Source: Octopus sinensis (taxonomy: Eukaryota). Taken from it: a DNA stretch of 64,000 bases. Each line of letters begins with the position of its first letter. The stretch's first letter is position 1. A program made the position numbers and the translations under genes. This document shows positions 51,986 through 64,000 of this stretch, in pieces. The DNA lies in assembly GCF_006345805.1 (NCBI RefSeq), contig NC_043007.1, positions 47,926,001 through 47,990,000 on the forward strand, given 5' to 3'. The notes under the pieces are model-generated. The model was not told where the DNA came from. It was given only the letters and a program-made list of their open reading frames with translations, and did not search any database.

Positions 51986-52533
51986 GTCCTGATACAGTAC
52001 CAGACAGTGGCCTCCGTGGCTTCTTATCTTAACTGATTGGAAGTGTTATCATGTACATTGTTTTGTCTTGGTATAAAGATGGACCACAGCAAATATGCTG
52101 CTCAATACCACAGATTTGCTTGTCAGTTGCTTGACCTTGACCAGTTGAGCATGTCTCTTAGTGGCTGACGATATGTGCATCTCTGATCATGAGCAGAAGT
52201 AGTGGGGAGAATTATAGCTATGTGTTGAGAGGAATTCTTTGGAGTTTGGATAATTCACCTCCGGAAACACGGGTTTTCGTTCAACATCCTTAAACAACCC
52301 TTATTCAGGGACCTTTTGAACGGGTTGGGCCACCCGACCTGAAAAAAAATTATACAGGGCTCCACCTGCAAGGTCATGCCTTGTTTATCTTGATATGAGA
52401 TTATCATGTCGCGCATATATAGTTGTGATGCATGTGCGTGGTGTGCCCTTATCAGACGGGTAGTCATGATGGGTATAATGGGCTTCGTATGTTTTACCCC
52501 ATTGTCACTTTGATGGCATGCACTGCTCTCTCA
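51982..52533 (+). mobile_element. (AAT)n-associated ~550 bp element, most complete copy
   Basis: Starts right after and ends right before (AAT)n tracts. Confidence 0.82.
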
Positions 52534-52536
52534 ATG

Positions 52537-52606
<70 letters not shown>

Positions 52607-52629
52607 TGATGATGATGATGATGATGATG

Positions 52630-52674
<45 letters not shown>

Positions 52675-52675
<1 letters not shown>

Positions 52676-52885
52676 TTTCAATTTTTTTGCCACGAGGGCA
52701 GTTTCGGGAAGGGGATTAGGTCGATTACATTGACTCCAGTGCCTAACTGGTACTTATTTAATCCACCACGAAAGGATGACAGGCAAAGCCGACCTCGGCG
52801 GAATTTGAACTGAGAACGTAGACAGACGAAATACCGCTATGCATTTCGTTCAGCGTGCTAACGATTCTGCCAGCTCGCCGCCTTA
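52675..52885 (-). mobile_element. SINE family A copy
   Basis: Family core. Confidence 0.8.
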
Positions 52886-53084
52886 ATAAAAATAATTATT
52901 GGCAGTTTTATGTAAGCAACAACCAAAAATCACCAATCATAATGTCGCCAATGTTGTGTATGTAAACAGCAAGCAGAAACCATTGATCATATTGTCTACA
53001 TTATGCAGCCTTCTTGCTGCCACAGAACAATGTAATCTGCAAGAACCTGGACCTGTCCCACGATAAAAACTCGTGGGAATACAT

Positions 53085-53416
53085 GTGGGTTAGTAGAATC
53101 CAGTGATTTCATTAAATCAGGCATCTCCGGAGGAGTGAACAGAGATGTTCGCTCGAGAGCTTCAAATTCACCGTTTGCAGCTTCAAAGCGAGGAATTGTG
53201 GCCGGTGCTTCAGCTCGAGCAGACCTACTGGTGTAGCCACAGTCGCTGAGGGCTTTGTTATCATCGAAGGTACTTTCATCTCTGGAGAGTCTCTGATTCT
53301 CTGGTGGTGCTTTAAGAACTCCTTCAGCAATCTTCTTTACTTCATAAACGGTAGTTTTCTTCAACGTCTATAAAGATGGTACATCTCTTCCTTCTGATCA
53401 TTAAAAACACATCCAT
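53085..53416 (-). pseudogene. ELOB: Elongin B processed pseudogene, intronless and frameshifted
   Basis: ATG at 53416: [73 protein letters not shown]....TPPEMPDLMK matches Elongin B ([39 protein letters not shown]...). Frameshift after about codon 20. Confidence 0.93.
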
Positions 53417-53444
53417 TGTATAAGTTGCGTATATTATATATACA

Positions 53445-53588
53445 ATGGATATGTTTTTAATGATTAGAAGGAAGAAGTGTACCATCTTTATAGACGTTAA
53501 AGAAAAACACTACCATTTATGGAGTAAAGAAGATTGTTGAAGGAATTCTTAAAGTACCACAAGAGAATCAGAGATTCTTCAGAGATGT
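53445..53588 (+). pseudogene. ELOB: Second partial Elongin B copy, head-to-head with the first
   Basis: ATG at 53445: MDMFLMIRRKKCTIFIDVKE(+1 frameshift)NTTIYGVKKIVEGILKVPQENQRFFRD. Confidence 0.9.
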
Positions 53589-53689
53589 GGGGGTTTACAT
53601 GTAAGGGAATGGTAAAAAAATAATATTCAATATGCTTTAAAAAGAGAGAGATATACATAGTATACGGCACTAAGAACAAAAAAGGAGTA

Positions 53690-54890
53690 GTGATGGGGTC
53701 CTCCTGATACAAGAGGACCTCGAGGAACCCCACCATCCAAGAACACCCTGTCCTTTCTAACTCCTTTCCTCTGACTCACAGATCTACACTGTGAGTCGTA
53801 CCATCCACTTTTGCCATTTTCGCAACTTGCATCCACCTTTTGATAAATTTACTAGAGGACAGCACCTCCCTCTCCACATTCACTCTCCTTTTCAATTGTA
53901 ACTTGAAAAAGTCGATGAGGACTTTATCGAAGAGAGCTGTCTCTGTCCTCATTCCTTTCAGCCTCGCCACACCCACCAAGTAAAAGGAAAACTGCATTGT
54001 CGGCCCAATTAAGGATGGGCAGCAGGGCAATCATCACAATGAACTCGATCGACAGACGGATCCGTCCCACACGAACAGATGTTCGACATAACTCCATAAG
54101 TCAGCAATTCCCAGACACTGAACGAGTGCATGCAGAACGGTTTCATCACTCTGCGTGCGCCTCGGACAAGCCCACATCACACACACATCCCGGTCTGTTA
54201 AGTTTATCTCTAACCGGTACACCCCCACCCAACCCTCCACTGGTAGCACTGCCAAACCAAGGACATCTGGAAATTATCCATAATAGTCCACAACCGAAAT
54301 GTCCTCCGGAACAGACTAGCCAGTTGTCTTCATCGACGCCCAGAGACTCCCCTAGGATGTCATCGCACCCCACCACCTCGCCACTTATCCTCTATAAATA
54401 GCTAAAGCGGAACATCCGCCGATCCTATTGTCCGACGTGTAGAGGACAGTGAGAACCTGGTGACATTCTAAGTGCCAGGCGCCCAATGTCAGTCTATCTT
54501 TCACCCAGGACTGCAGTTCCGTCAGAGAGACGAGCTGTAGAAAGACGTGTCTCACAAACGGAGTCCCAACACGTTCACCTTCTAGGTAACGCAACCGCAG
54601 CGCTTGTCTGCCCACCAACAGCCCCCACTCAGAAGGAGTTGGCAGCAGACTGACCGCTTAGCCATTGAAACGCGTCCCTTCCTCAAGAAAACCCACAGGA
54701 GACGCTCCAACTTGATCAAGCAATAATCAGGGCAAGGTACGACGGTCAGACGGTAAATGGTGACGGAGGCAATGTAGGCATTCGCCACCTCTGCCCAACC
54801 TTACAAGGACAGTTTCTTCTCTACCCATTTCTGGGCAAGATTGGCCATCCTGTTCGTCACATCGTCTCAGTTGTTATCCACCTGCGGTTT
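53690..54890 (-). mobile_element. Tx1/L1-clade LINE fragment (RT C-terminus and zinc finger region)
   Basis: ANAYIASVTIYRLTVVPCP..KLERLLWVFLRKGR..CCQ..GG and DETVLHALVQC motifs. Confidence 0.75.
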
Positions 54891-55477
54891 AACCTTTTCT
54901 TTATTAACTACTGAGGACAGAACAATACAATACAGATAGAGTGGGATTGAAAGGTGTAAATCTTAAATCTTAATTAAAATTTCCAAAAGAGGAGACTTCC
55001 GAAGGTTTGTGTTATGGCGAGAATCATAACACACCCTGTGAGAATGGACTAGTTGAACTCACATATGTAGGAGCGTGTTTGACTGAGAGCGAGAGATGAG
55101 AAATCGCAGGAAGTCGAAAGGTGCCGTTCATGAGTTTGTGGAGTCGCAGGAAATTGTTGAGAAGTTGTTATAGTTCATTGAGAGTTGTTTTGGATTGGTT
55201 ACAGTTGTTGGCAGAGTATTTGGGAATACATCAAATAAAGACAGTTGGTATCTCCCCCGTTTCGTGGTAATGTGCATCACAGTTATTAGCGCATGACACT
55301 GAGGTGACATATACAGAAACCACGTCTGTATAAAAGTCTTCCCGTAGAAGTCTCCGCACAACCACGATCGCCCTAACCTCTAGGGCAAGTACACTCTGCT
55401 CTTTATCTACCCTAAATCTAGAAGCACATTTGCTAATAATAATAATAATAATAATTCTTTCTACTATTAATAATAAT

Positions 55478-55890
55478 CCTTTCTACTATAGACATAAGGC
55501 CTGAAATTTTGAGGAAGGGGGCAGTCGATTACACGACACCAGTACACAACTGGTACTTAATTTATCGATCCCGAAATGATGGAAGGTAAAGTCGACCTCG
55601 GTGGAATTTGAACTCAGAAAGTAGCGACGGGCGAAATACCGCTAAATATTTCGTCCAGTGTGCTAATGGTTGCCAAAAGGCAGTTTGTCAACGTTTAATT
55701 AAAAAAACAAATAATCTTTTCCGTTATAGGCACAAGACATGATTTTAGGGGTGAAGGATAAGTCGGTTATCTCGACTCCAGTGCACAACTGGCACTAATT
55801 TTTTCGATACCAAAAGAATGAAAGTCAGGCGAAGGTAAAAGGGAACGAAACGCCGCTTAGCATTTTTGTTAACGATTCTCCCATGTCACC
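55478..55890 (-). mobile_element. Two tandem SINE family A copies
   Basis: Family cores at ~55480-55670 and ~55715-55890. Confidence 0.7.
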
Positions 55891-56108
55891 GTCTAAAAGA
55901 GAGATAGATAGTAATGAGAATGGCCGGAGATGTAAAATACGTGCCTCAAGAATTGTTATTTGTAAAGCGTAGTAGAAGAGATATATGCTTATATAAACAA
56001 CATATAAGAAATATGCGAGGAAATGGGAAAGTTGGCAAAGAATTCCCTCCTTCAACGTTTATTCTTATTTTTTATTTGTTTTTCTTTGTTTCTTTGTATA
56101 CTGTCCAG

Positions 56109-56180
56109 AAACTTCAGCTGCACTGACTTTTCGAGCAGATACTACATTGTCAATTGAGACAACTCTTCGAGCTACAACAG
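56109..56180 (+). CDS. Thr-rich linker exon: (E)TSAALTFRADTTLSIETTLRATT
   Basis: Very strong polypyrimidine tract, cAG acceptor and CAG/GTAAGT donor. 72 nt, and only the phase 1-1 frame is open. Confidence 0.75.
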
Positions 56181-56594
56181 GTAAGTGAAATCGTTAGAAG
56201 CGTTTATCCACGGACAGTAATGAATATGTGATTGTATTGTGTGTGTGCATATATATATCCTGTACCTCAAGTCATTTGGTGCCCTCTTTGATATCCTTCA
56301 GGCAACTACAGAGTGGGTAAATGTCTCCAGCCCTCTAAGGCAATTCACCGAGAAGGCCCCTCATTGTAAAACCTACGGTTTGCTACCCACCGCAGCCATT
56401 TTAGTCCGCTGAGCCCTTGTGGTCGGACCTCGGAAGGATGGAATTGTATTGCGCGCACTGACTCTTCCTTTAAAACTACTAAATGCAGGCAAGGAGAAAA
56501 GCCTGCATCATCAATGATCGGTTCAAAAAGCCACGCGAAGGCGTGCCGCTTTCATTCATGATATTCGGGCACAAAGAAACTGCTGTGAATAAGT

Positions 56595-56885
<291 letters not shown>

Positions 56886-57162
56886 ATAGTTGCTTTTTCT
56901 TATACGAGAAAATGCATTGCTAGAAAGGATCACTGAAATGAGTCATTGTTATTGCAATGTGTGTCCCTTATATGACTCTTGAGCCCCGCCAAAGATTTGC
57001 ACATTCTATTGTACAATGCTCAGCTGTGCTGGCTGGCAGAGGGAACAGGCACCACAGTATGGAGTCTTTTGGCATGTCTTTTCAGTCCTCCAACTGAAAG
57101 GCACACCTTTCCACGGGTTGAACATGTTCAGTTATGTAAATTGTGATACATAAATATATACT

Positions 57163-57251
<89 letters not shown>

Positions 57252-57719
57252 TCAAACAATTTGAAGGAAATGTTTAACTTCTTAGCAGTCACTCCTAAAT
57301 TGCTGAGAATGATGCAATTGCTGCCAACCTAATGCTCTTCTACGTCAGTATAAAAACAAGATTAATGTGGACAGGATGCGACCATGAATTCGTGTAACAA
57401 GGCTTCGTTAAAGATATTCGCGAGCCAAGAAGTATGGTGTTAAGTCGGGTGTTAGATACTCACTCAATACAGGTCGATTAAAAAAAAAGTCAAAACGGTG
57501 CTGTTTCTCCAACGAAGTAATTAGAACTAGTCTCCTGATATTAGAAAATATCAGCTGAGCATTTATGAGATACTTATGCAAATGCAATGCCTCAGAGTTG
57601 GAGAAAAGGTTAAATATGATCAGGTTCATGCTTTTCTAAACGTTAGGAAACAACATTAATCAAAATTCATCAAATAATAATAATAAAACCCACAAGAGAA
57701 CTCAGTTTGCTAAATGCAC

Positions 57720-58020
57720 GTGGAAGCGCAATGGCCCAGTGGTTAGGGCAGCGGTCTCGCGGTCGGAGGATCGCAGTTTCGATTCCCAGACCTTGCGTTG
57801 TGTGTTTTTATTGAGCGAAAATACCTAAAAGCTCCACGAGGCTCCGACAGGGAGTGGTGGCGACCCCTGTTGTACTCTTTCGCCACAACTTCCTCTCACT
57901 CTCTCTTCCTGTTTCTTGAACAACGCTGCGATGGACTGGCATCCCGTCCAGCTGGGGTGAACACATACGCCACAGAAACCGGGAAACCGGACCCACGAGC
58001 CTGGCTAGGCTTGAAAAGGA
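57720..58020 (+). mobile_element. tRNA-derived SINE
   Basis: tggcccagtggttagggc A-box-like and gtttcgattccc B-box-like, with a non-tRNA body. Confidence 0.75.
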
Positions 58021-58753
58021 CTACGAGCTAAATGCACAAGGCCTGAAATTTGTGGGGAGGGGACTAGTCGATTACATAAACCCCAATGTTTCATTGGTAC
58101 TCGCGAATGTATATGAACGCAAGGATGAAAAAAAAATTACAATTACAAATACAACAGGACATTAACAACAGGCGTCTTTCGACTTTTACTCTCTCATTGC
58201 TCACACGGGACCATCGTCTACCTTTCTTTTTCCCATGTGATCATCTTTTCTTTCTGTCTGTGTCACAGACCAGATGTATTCTTGTCTGTCTCCACTCCTA
58301 TCTTTTCCCCTGTCAACACTTTTTCCTCCAGCGTTCGCCACCTTACCTCATATGGCCTAGCAGCCCTCACTGCTTCTTTTCACTGTCCTGTTTTTATTAC
58401 CAACTTTCACCCTCCGCAAATCCCTTTATTTTATTCTGGTTGCAGGAGCAACTGTTTTCTCGAAGGCACATATGTCATGAATTGTTCAAAATGGGGAGTA
58501 GATAAACAGCCGACAACTGCTGAAGGGGTGTTTTTTGCATGCTACTTGTCTTGTTTTCTATTTGTTTCTCTCATTCGCAAAAAAATGTTTGCCTTCGTAT
58601 TTCATGTTGTTTACATTTTGTGATGTCCTGTACCCATATATGCATATATACATATATATGTACGTACGTACATATATTTATGTATATATGCATATATATA
58701 TATATATATACATGTATATTGTGTGTGTGTATGTGTGTGTGTGTGTGTGCGTG

Positions 58754-58796
<43 letters not shown>

Positions 58797-58870
58797 CGGA
58801 GATGTACTTGCATAGTTCAATGTACTTGCATAGCAAGTGACCTGATCTGAGATCGTGTGCTGGAACGAAA

Positions 58871-59098
58871 ACAATTGCAGCGTGGAAGGTGTTTATAAGC
58901 CATTTAAGAAACACAAAAACCGTTAGATTCACTTCAACATTTAAATTTAATTTGCCAAAATATTTTCGTCGCTTTGAGACCACGACAAAATTCTGTGCGG
59001 CATCATTTAAATTAAATTAAACTAAATTTACATGTTGAAGTGAATCTAACGGTTTTTGTCTGCTTCTTAAATGGTTTATAAACGCCTTCCACGCTGCA

Positions 59099-59104
<6 letters not shown>
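58871..59104. repeat. Hairpin element with ~85 bp inverted arms; a third partial arm lies at 59134-59163
   Basis: acaattgcagcgtggaaggtgtttataa..ccgttagattcacttcaacat / atgttgaagtgaatctaacgg..ttataaacgccttccacgctgcaattgt. Confidence 0.85.
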
Positions 59105-59138
<34 letters not shown>

Positions 59139-59217
59139 TGCAGCGTGGAAGGCGTTTATAAACACACATACACATACACATATATATTTAAATACATGTA
59201 AATTTTATATGTTGTAG

Positions 59218-59276
59218 ATTCCCTAGTAAAGACATCTCTAAAAGCAGAATTGGAAGAATCAGCCTTAGGATACTCG
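59218..59276 (+). CDS. Linker exon: (D)SLVKTSLKAELEESALGYS
   Basis: ttgtAG acceptor and G/GTAAAA donor. 59 nt, phase 1 to 0, which is exactly what is needed to join 56180 to 60021 in frame. Confidence 0.6.
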
Positions 59277-60020
59277 GTAAAAAATGTTCCATTAACTTTT
59301 CTATATATATGATGACATGAATGTAGCTAAAAGGTTTGTTTTGTAGTCACATGATTTGCATTCAGTTCCATTTGAGAAAACTGTGCTCTATCAATGGGTC
59401 AACCAAATTCTTGTGAGTAAAATGCAGCTGATGGAAACAATATGGATTGCCATTGAATGTATATGTGTGTGGATGGCAAAATACTTTGTGATAGGTTATG
59501 ATCTTTTTTAAATCTTGCCTTTTTTCTCTTCCAAGTTTGTAGTACCAGGCACAGCATTGGGCTAATATAAGCTTAAATACCTTTCAACATGATACCACAG
59601 CATTGATACAGTTCAATGACTAAAACAGATTAATGAATGAAATAATCTTTATCGTAGAAACTACAATATTGAAAGTTTTAATTATTGCATTCATTTAATG
59701 CTTAATTCCTGAATACTTTCTTTTCCACTTCAAAGATAAAATTCTCAAAAATATAATCAAAACAAGAAACTATTTCTAAAGTGTGAGACCAACAGTTTTA
59801 AATTATCAGTTTGAAGAAGGAACTTAATGATCCTTCATCACTTTGTTAGGCAGGCCCATTTTTTACAAGATCCCCAAATCAGAAAGATGATTTTATGTGA
59901 AATTCTATATAGTAGATGCCAAATATTTGAATCTCAAGAATCAAAGCAAGGTATAGATATCCCAGAAAATTGAATATCTATACTCTTTGATCATTCCTAA
60001 CTTTTATTTCTGCCTTCCAG

Positions 60021-60102
60021 TTAAATAACTGCCCAAGAAAATACCATGGAATAGCAAATCACACGGCTTGCATTTCAAAATCTCCACATGCATACAAATC
60101 TG
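60021..60102 (+). CDS. CAP/CRISP module 2 exon: LNNCPRKYHGIANHTACISKSPHAYKS
   Basis: ttccAG/GTAAGT, 82 nt, phase 0 to 1. Paralogous to 11155-11230. Confidence 0.9.
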
Positions 60103-60222
60103 GTAAGTTAAGTTTGTTGTTTAAGAAATAATTTGAACTTCAAATTCCTGCAAAATCTAAATGAAGATCAGCCAAAATGTTATGAAAGAGATTAAGATAA
60201 ACATTACATTATCAGTACTTCA

Positions 60223-60296
<74 letters not shown>

Positions 60297-60525
60297 ACAC
60301 ACACCTAAATGAATGATACCATTCTTTACACCTCAAGGAAGTGTTCTGCTCTGGTGTCATTTACAAACAATCTAGATGGGCATCATTCACATGTCAGTTT
60401 CAGGTATTAAGAAAAGCCATTATAATTATATTTTAATTAATATACCAATACTTCTTTTTGCCATTTTATATTTTAAGAATTTCTACTCTAAATTAGGCTT
60501 TATAAATATCTGTTCTATTGTTTAG

Positions 60526-60617
60526 GTTTAACAGATGAAGATAGAAAAATTATTCTGGACTTGCATAATCAGTTTCGGAAAGATGTCAATCCAGCAGCCT
60601 GTGACATGTTGAAATTA
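60526..60617 (+). CDS. CAP/CRISP module 2 exon: GLTDEDRKIILDLHNQFRKDVNPAACDMLKL
   Basis: tttAG/GTAAG, 92 nt, same length and phases as 13864-13955. HN..R motif. Further exons are presumably beyond the window. Confidence 0.93.
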
Positions 60618-61084
60618 GTAAGGGAACTTAAAATCATTATACAATCTTCAAATTTTGAACTAACATAGTAAATATCTGAGTAAATAATTAACAGTTTTTT
60701 TTCATTTGAATTATATATGTAAAATTAACAACGGTTGGTAACTGAGGATAAATTATGGTAATTCACTTCCAAGATGGCCAAATATGTCATTAATATCTTC
60801 AGTATTTGCGTATACAGGAATATGTGCAGAGTAAACTGATAATAATCTGTGTTCCTTTATGATGGTGTTCCTGCATAGATCCCTTTTAATATAATGAAGA
60901 TGTAAATAATCTGTTCAGTTTGACGAGGAACACTGGTAAGTCAGTCAAGTGAGACAAAGCGTGCATGTGTCTTCATGTGACTGTGTATATGAAACATATA
61001 CACACACAAACACACACACACATGCATATACATATGTGTGTGTGTGTGTGTGTGTGGTGTGTGTGTGTGTGTGTGTGTGTGTGA

Positions 61085-62715
61085 GTAAGTTTTGGAAGTT
61101 GTCTCCAAATTTCAGTCCAGCGTGTTTGTATATCTGGACTTCCAATTATGCCATGACAAGGTTGGCAAAAGTAGGGTCTACCCTCGTTCCCATCATTGTG
61201 CCCGATTTTTTGTCTATAAGTGTTCTCGTTGAAGTTGAAGCTGTTCTGTACGACGAATTTTATTCCTTCAATGATGAATTCTCTTCTGATTCGGTCAGGA
61301 ATGTCATTTGGGAATTTTTCCAGCCAGTATTGTATGGCTATTATTCCGTATTTGTGGGGAATTGAGGTGTAGAGGTTTACTACATCGAATGAAATCAGGA
61401 GGGAGTCCTATCCCAGATCATCGGTATATGTTAGAGAAAAGGTTTAAGAAGGAGGGCAATAAATTTACCGAGTCTGTGTGTCTCACTCAAGGGACCGGCC
61501 ACAATTGGTCTCATTTTGAGACCTCTCGAATTAGAGATATTTATGACTACAAAAGTTGATTTCTTACAGGCTTCATTTATGGCCTCACTTTTGTGGATTT
61601 TGAGAAGTCCATAAAAGCTGATGGTTTTGCAGTCAAATCTAGTCAAGCAATCTCTCTCCTTTTCCGTTAAACCTTGTTGGAACTGGTGGATAAGGGTAAA
61701 AAGTTCAGTCATTATCTTGGATTGATTGCAGTTGTTGACTTTTTCTTAGTAGGTATTGTCATGAAGGAAGATTAGGGTAGTGTTTATGTATTTTTCTGAG
61801 TCCATGATTACTACAACACTCCCTTTATCGACTTCTTTTGTAATTATGTTGTCATCCTCCTTGAGCTTAATAATGATCTCCCATTCTTCTTGACTTGTAT
61901 TTGTTTTAAATTTTCGAGGTGGGAGTAAATTGTAGGGATAATTGGAAACCAAATCACAAAAGTTATCCAGAGTTTGATTCTTCCTTTTGTTGGATAGTAG
62001 TTACTTTTATTGTTAGGTATCGATTGATCATTATTTTCTTTATCCAGCAGTTCTTCAGTGATGCGAAGTTTTCTGCAGAATTCCTGGATATCATTTTGTA
62101 TACCATTTAGGTTCGACCTTTATGGTGTTGGGGTGAACTTCAATCCCTTTGCGAGAATCTTAGTTTTCTGGTTTGAAAGGGTTTTCTGTGAGAGATTTAT
62201 CATCTTCGGGATCTCACATTTGGTTGGTGCCATCGAGTGTCCCGGTTTTGGCCAAGTTTGTCTAAAAAAAGGGTTTCTTGGGTTTTGATATAGGGAATTA
62301 GGGTTCCTGTTGATTGTCCTTCCACTGACCTTTGTTCTACTGTGCGTTCTCTGTTGTAGTCGGCTTTGAGTGGGGTTGTCGTAATGGTTATATTTTGTTT
62401 GGACGAGGTGGTTATTGTGGAAGAAATGTCTCGAGCGGGAGAAGTTCCTACTTCTTCCTGTTAGAAGTCTTTATGTGAGATGTGTATCGGACGCGGGGAG
62501 TTCTTGTTTCTCTTATAGTTCTGTCCGAAAGAGTTATTCACGTAGACGTTACATCTAAGACGTGGAGGGTTCTTGGGGTGATATGGGTTTCTATATTTTT
62601 GAATGGAGGTGTTTTGTCTTGTGGTGAAGGGTGCAATGGAATTTCCCATTTTGTGTCTTTGAAAAGTATTTGGAACCATGGAGAGATTATCGGCTATTCT
62701 TGGTTCTAGATGGAC
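61085..62715 (-). mobile_element. Penelope-like element, decayed RT
   Basis: IITKEVDKGSVVVIMD, FYGLLKIHK, MRPIVAGP and TMMGTRVDPTFANLVM motifs typical of PLE RTs. Confidence 0.9.
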
Positions 62716-62719
62716 ATTT

Positions 62720-62915
62720 CAGTATTGTTCCGGTAGTGACTAGATAGAAAATACCTGGCCAGTCTACTCGAAAAGTGATAGACATCCAAGCGTTACGGAA
62801 AACAAGAAAACACCATCACACATTTAAAACATTATCTTACATATCAACACACAATCCGAAGAACATGGAAGCATGCAACATCATCCATCAAAACATACCC
62901 CCACCTTTTGAAGGA
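62720..62915 (+). mobile_element. Penelope-like thumb/linker fragment in the opposite orientation
   Basis: IDIQALRK..TLSYISTHNPKN..IIHQN resembles the P.V.TYNP linker between PLE RT and GIY-YIG. Confidence 0.55.
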
Positions 62916-64000
62916 CCTGCAAATGAAAAAGGCGTAAATTTACAAAACAGGCCCGAATTTAACATCAATGGCTGCGAGCGGGAGAATGAAATCCAAATCG
63001 AAGTAAAGCATGCGCGTTGGGCACCGTTGCGCAGGCGTAAGGCACTACAAGGTTACATGTGAACATGAAGGTTAGCAAGAACTACAGCCATATTGAAAAA
63101 CAAAATGCATCCACATGGTCTAAACGAAAAGAACGACGATATCGTGTGAACAATGCATTTTCTGACTTCTTCAACATTAATTCCAGTAACTGTTGGTTTT
63201 ATTGTTGTTGCTCTTGTAGTTGATATTGTTGATGCTGCTGCTGTTGTTGCAACTGCACCACGGAGGCCAATATTCCCTCCATGTTAGACGATTTTTTTTT
63301 GTTTCGTACCCCCACCCACCCACCAAAAAATTCCTAAACGTCTAACGCAAGTTTCGAACAACTTGTCACCACTTTTATATCCTGATGTTGGATAAATAAT
63401 TCAATGAAGCTGGGGAAAGTAATCACACGATGCACTACAATTACTGTTACACAAGGTTAAACGTTCTCTATCAATTGCTCACACTTCTTTATTTTATAGT
63501 AATGTGTCAGTCCACGTTTAGTCACTTGGTGGGAGGGGTCAAAATCCTTCCACAACACTATATATTCATGTGAGTTTGAACAATAGTTTCTATGTACATT
63601 CACATATCACCAATGGGGCACACTGTGCATTCAAGGTTATGTGGAATAATTGATCCCTTACTCAAAAAAGAGATGAAGATTCGAGTCATGAAGGGTCCCA
63701 GCTGTAAAAACAACTGCCTCATATACTATATTCATCCAACCCATGCAAGCATGGAAAAATGGACATAAAATTAATGAAGAAAAGAACTCAAAAACTGTAT
63801 GTATTTATTTTTGAAATTTTCCTTTTACTATCAAAAGCTGGTGCCAATCAAACAACTGACAAAATCATTTAAGTGTTGCACAAAATGCTTTGCAATATTT
63901 AGTTAAATTCTGTGATTATATCCAATAAAAGTTGACCTTGTTTTTCTCCCCTTCAAGGTCAATCAAATTATGTGTCACTCAAGTATTAGGATCTTTGAGT

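Noticed and set aside
52996-53364. Functional Elongin B gene
   Set aside because: Intronless, frameshifted after about codon 20, small deletion near APATI and an aberrant C-terminus.
56023-56157. MGKLAKNSLLQRLFLFFICFSLFLCILS... looks like a signal peptide for a second CRISP gene
   Set aside because: That frame hits TGA at 56155-57 before the donor at 56181. The hydrophobic run is the polypyrimidine tract of the 56109 acceptor.
60618-64000. Third CAP exon of module 2 (W...LA..AQ.WA)
   Set aside because: Not found. The region is mostly Penelope-derived, so the exon probably lies beyond the window or is lost.

Overview
AT-rich, intron-containing animal DNA, dense in microsatellites and transposons. 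The SINE families and the gene type suggest a coleoid cephalopod, probably an octopus (inference). The only host gene I can support is a + strand, multi-exon CAP/CRISP (SCP/antigen-5 family) gene, reconstructed by hand from GT-AG boundaries with consistent phases. Module 1 (5826-26344) is N-terminal Cys motif, CAP, EGF-like and ShK-like. A chain of four short low-complexity exons follows (28721, 37190, 56109, 59218), then the first two exons of a second CAP module (60021-60617) that continues out of the window. No start/signal-peptide exon was found. The first two linker exons come from a local ~4.5-5 kb duplication whose introns are nearly identical but whose exon cores have diverged. Each can either splice at a weak donor or read through into a hydrophobic GPI-like tail and stop. 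The introns hold mariner and Tc1 transposons, R4/Dong, RTE, Tx1 and Penelope-like retroelements (with minimal hammerhead ribozyme motifs in palindromic arrangements), Helitron-like elements, several SINE families, and a head-to-head pair of Elongin B retrocopies. Most ORFs in the supplied track are microsatellite or SINE artefacts.
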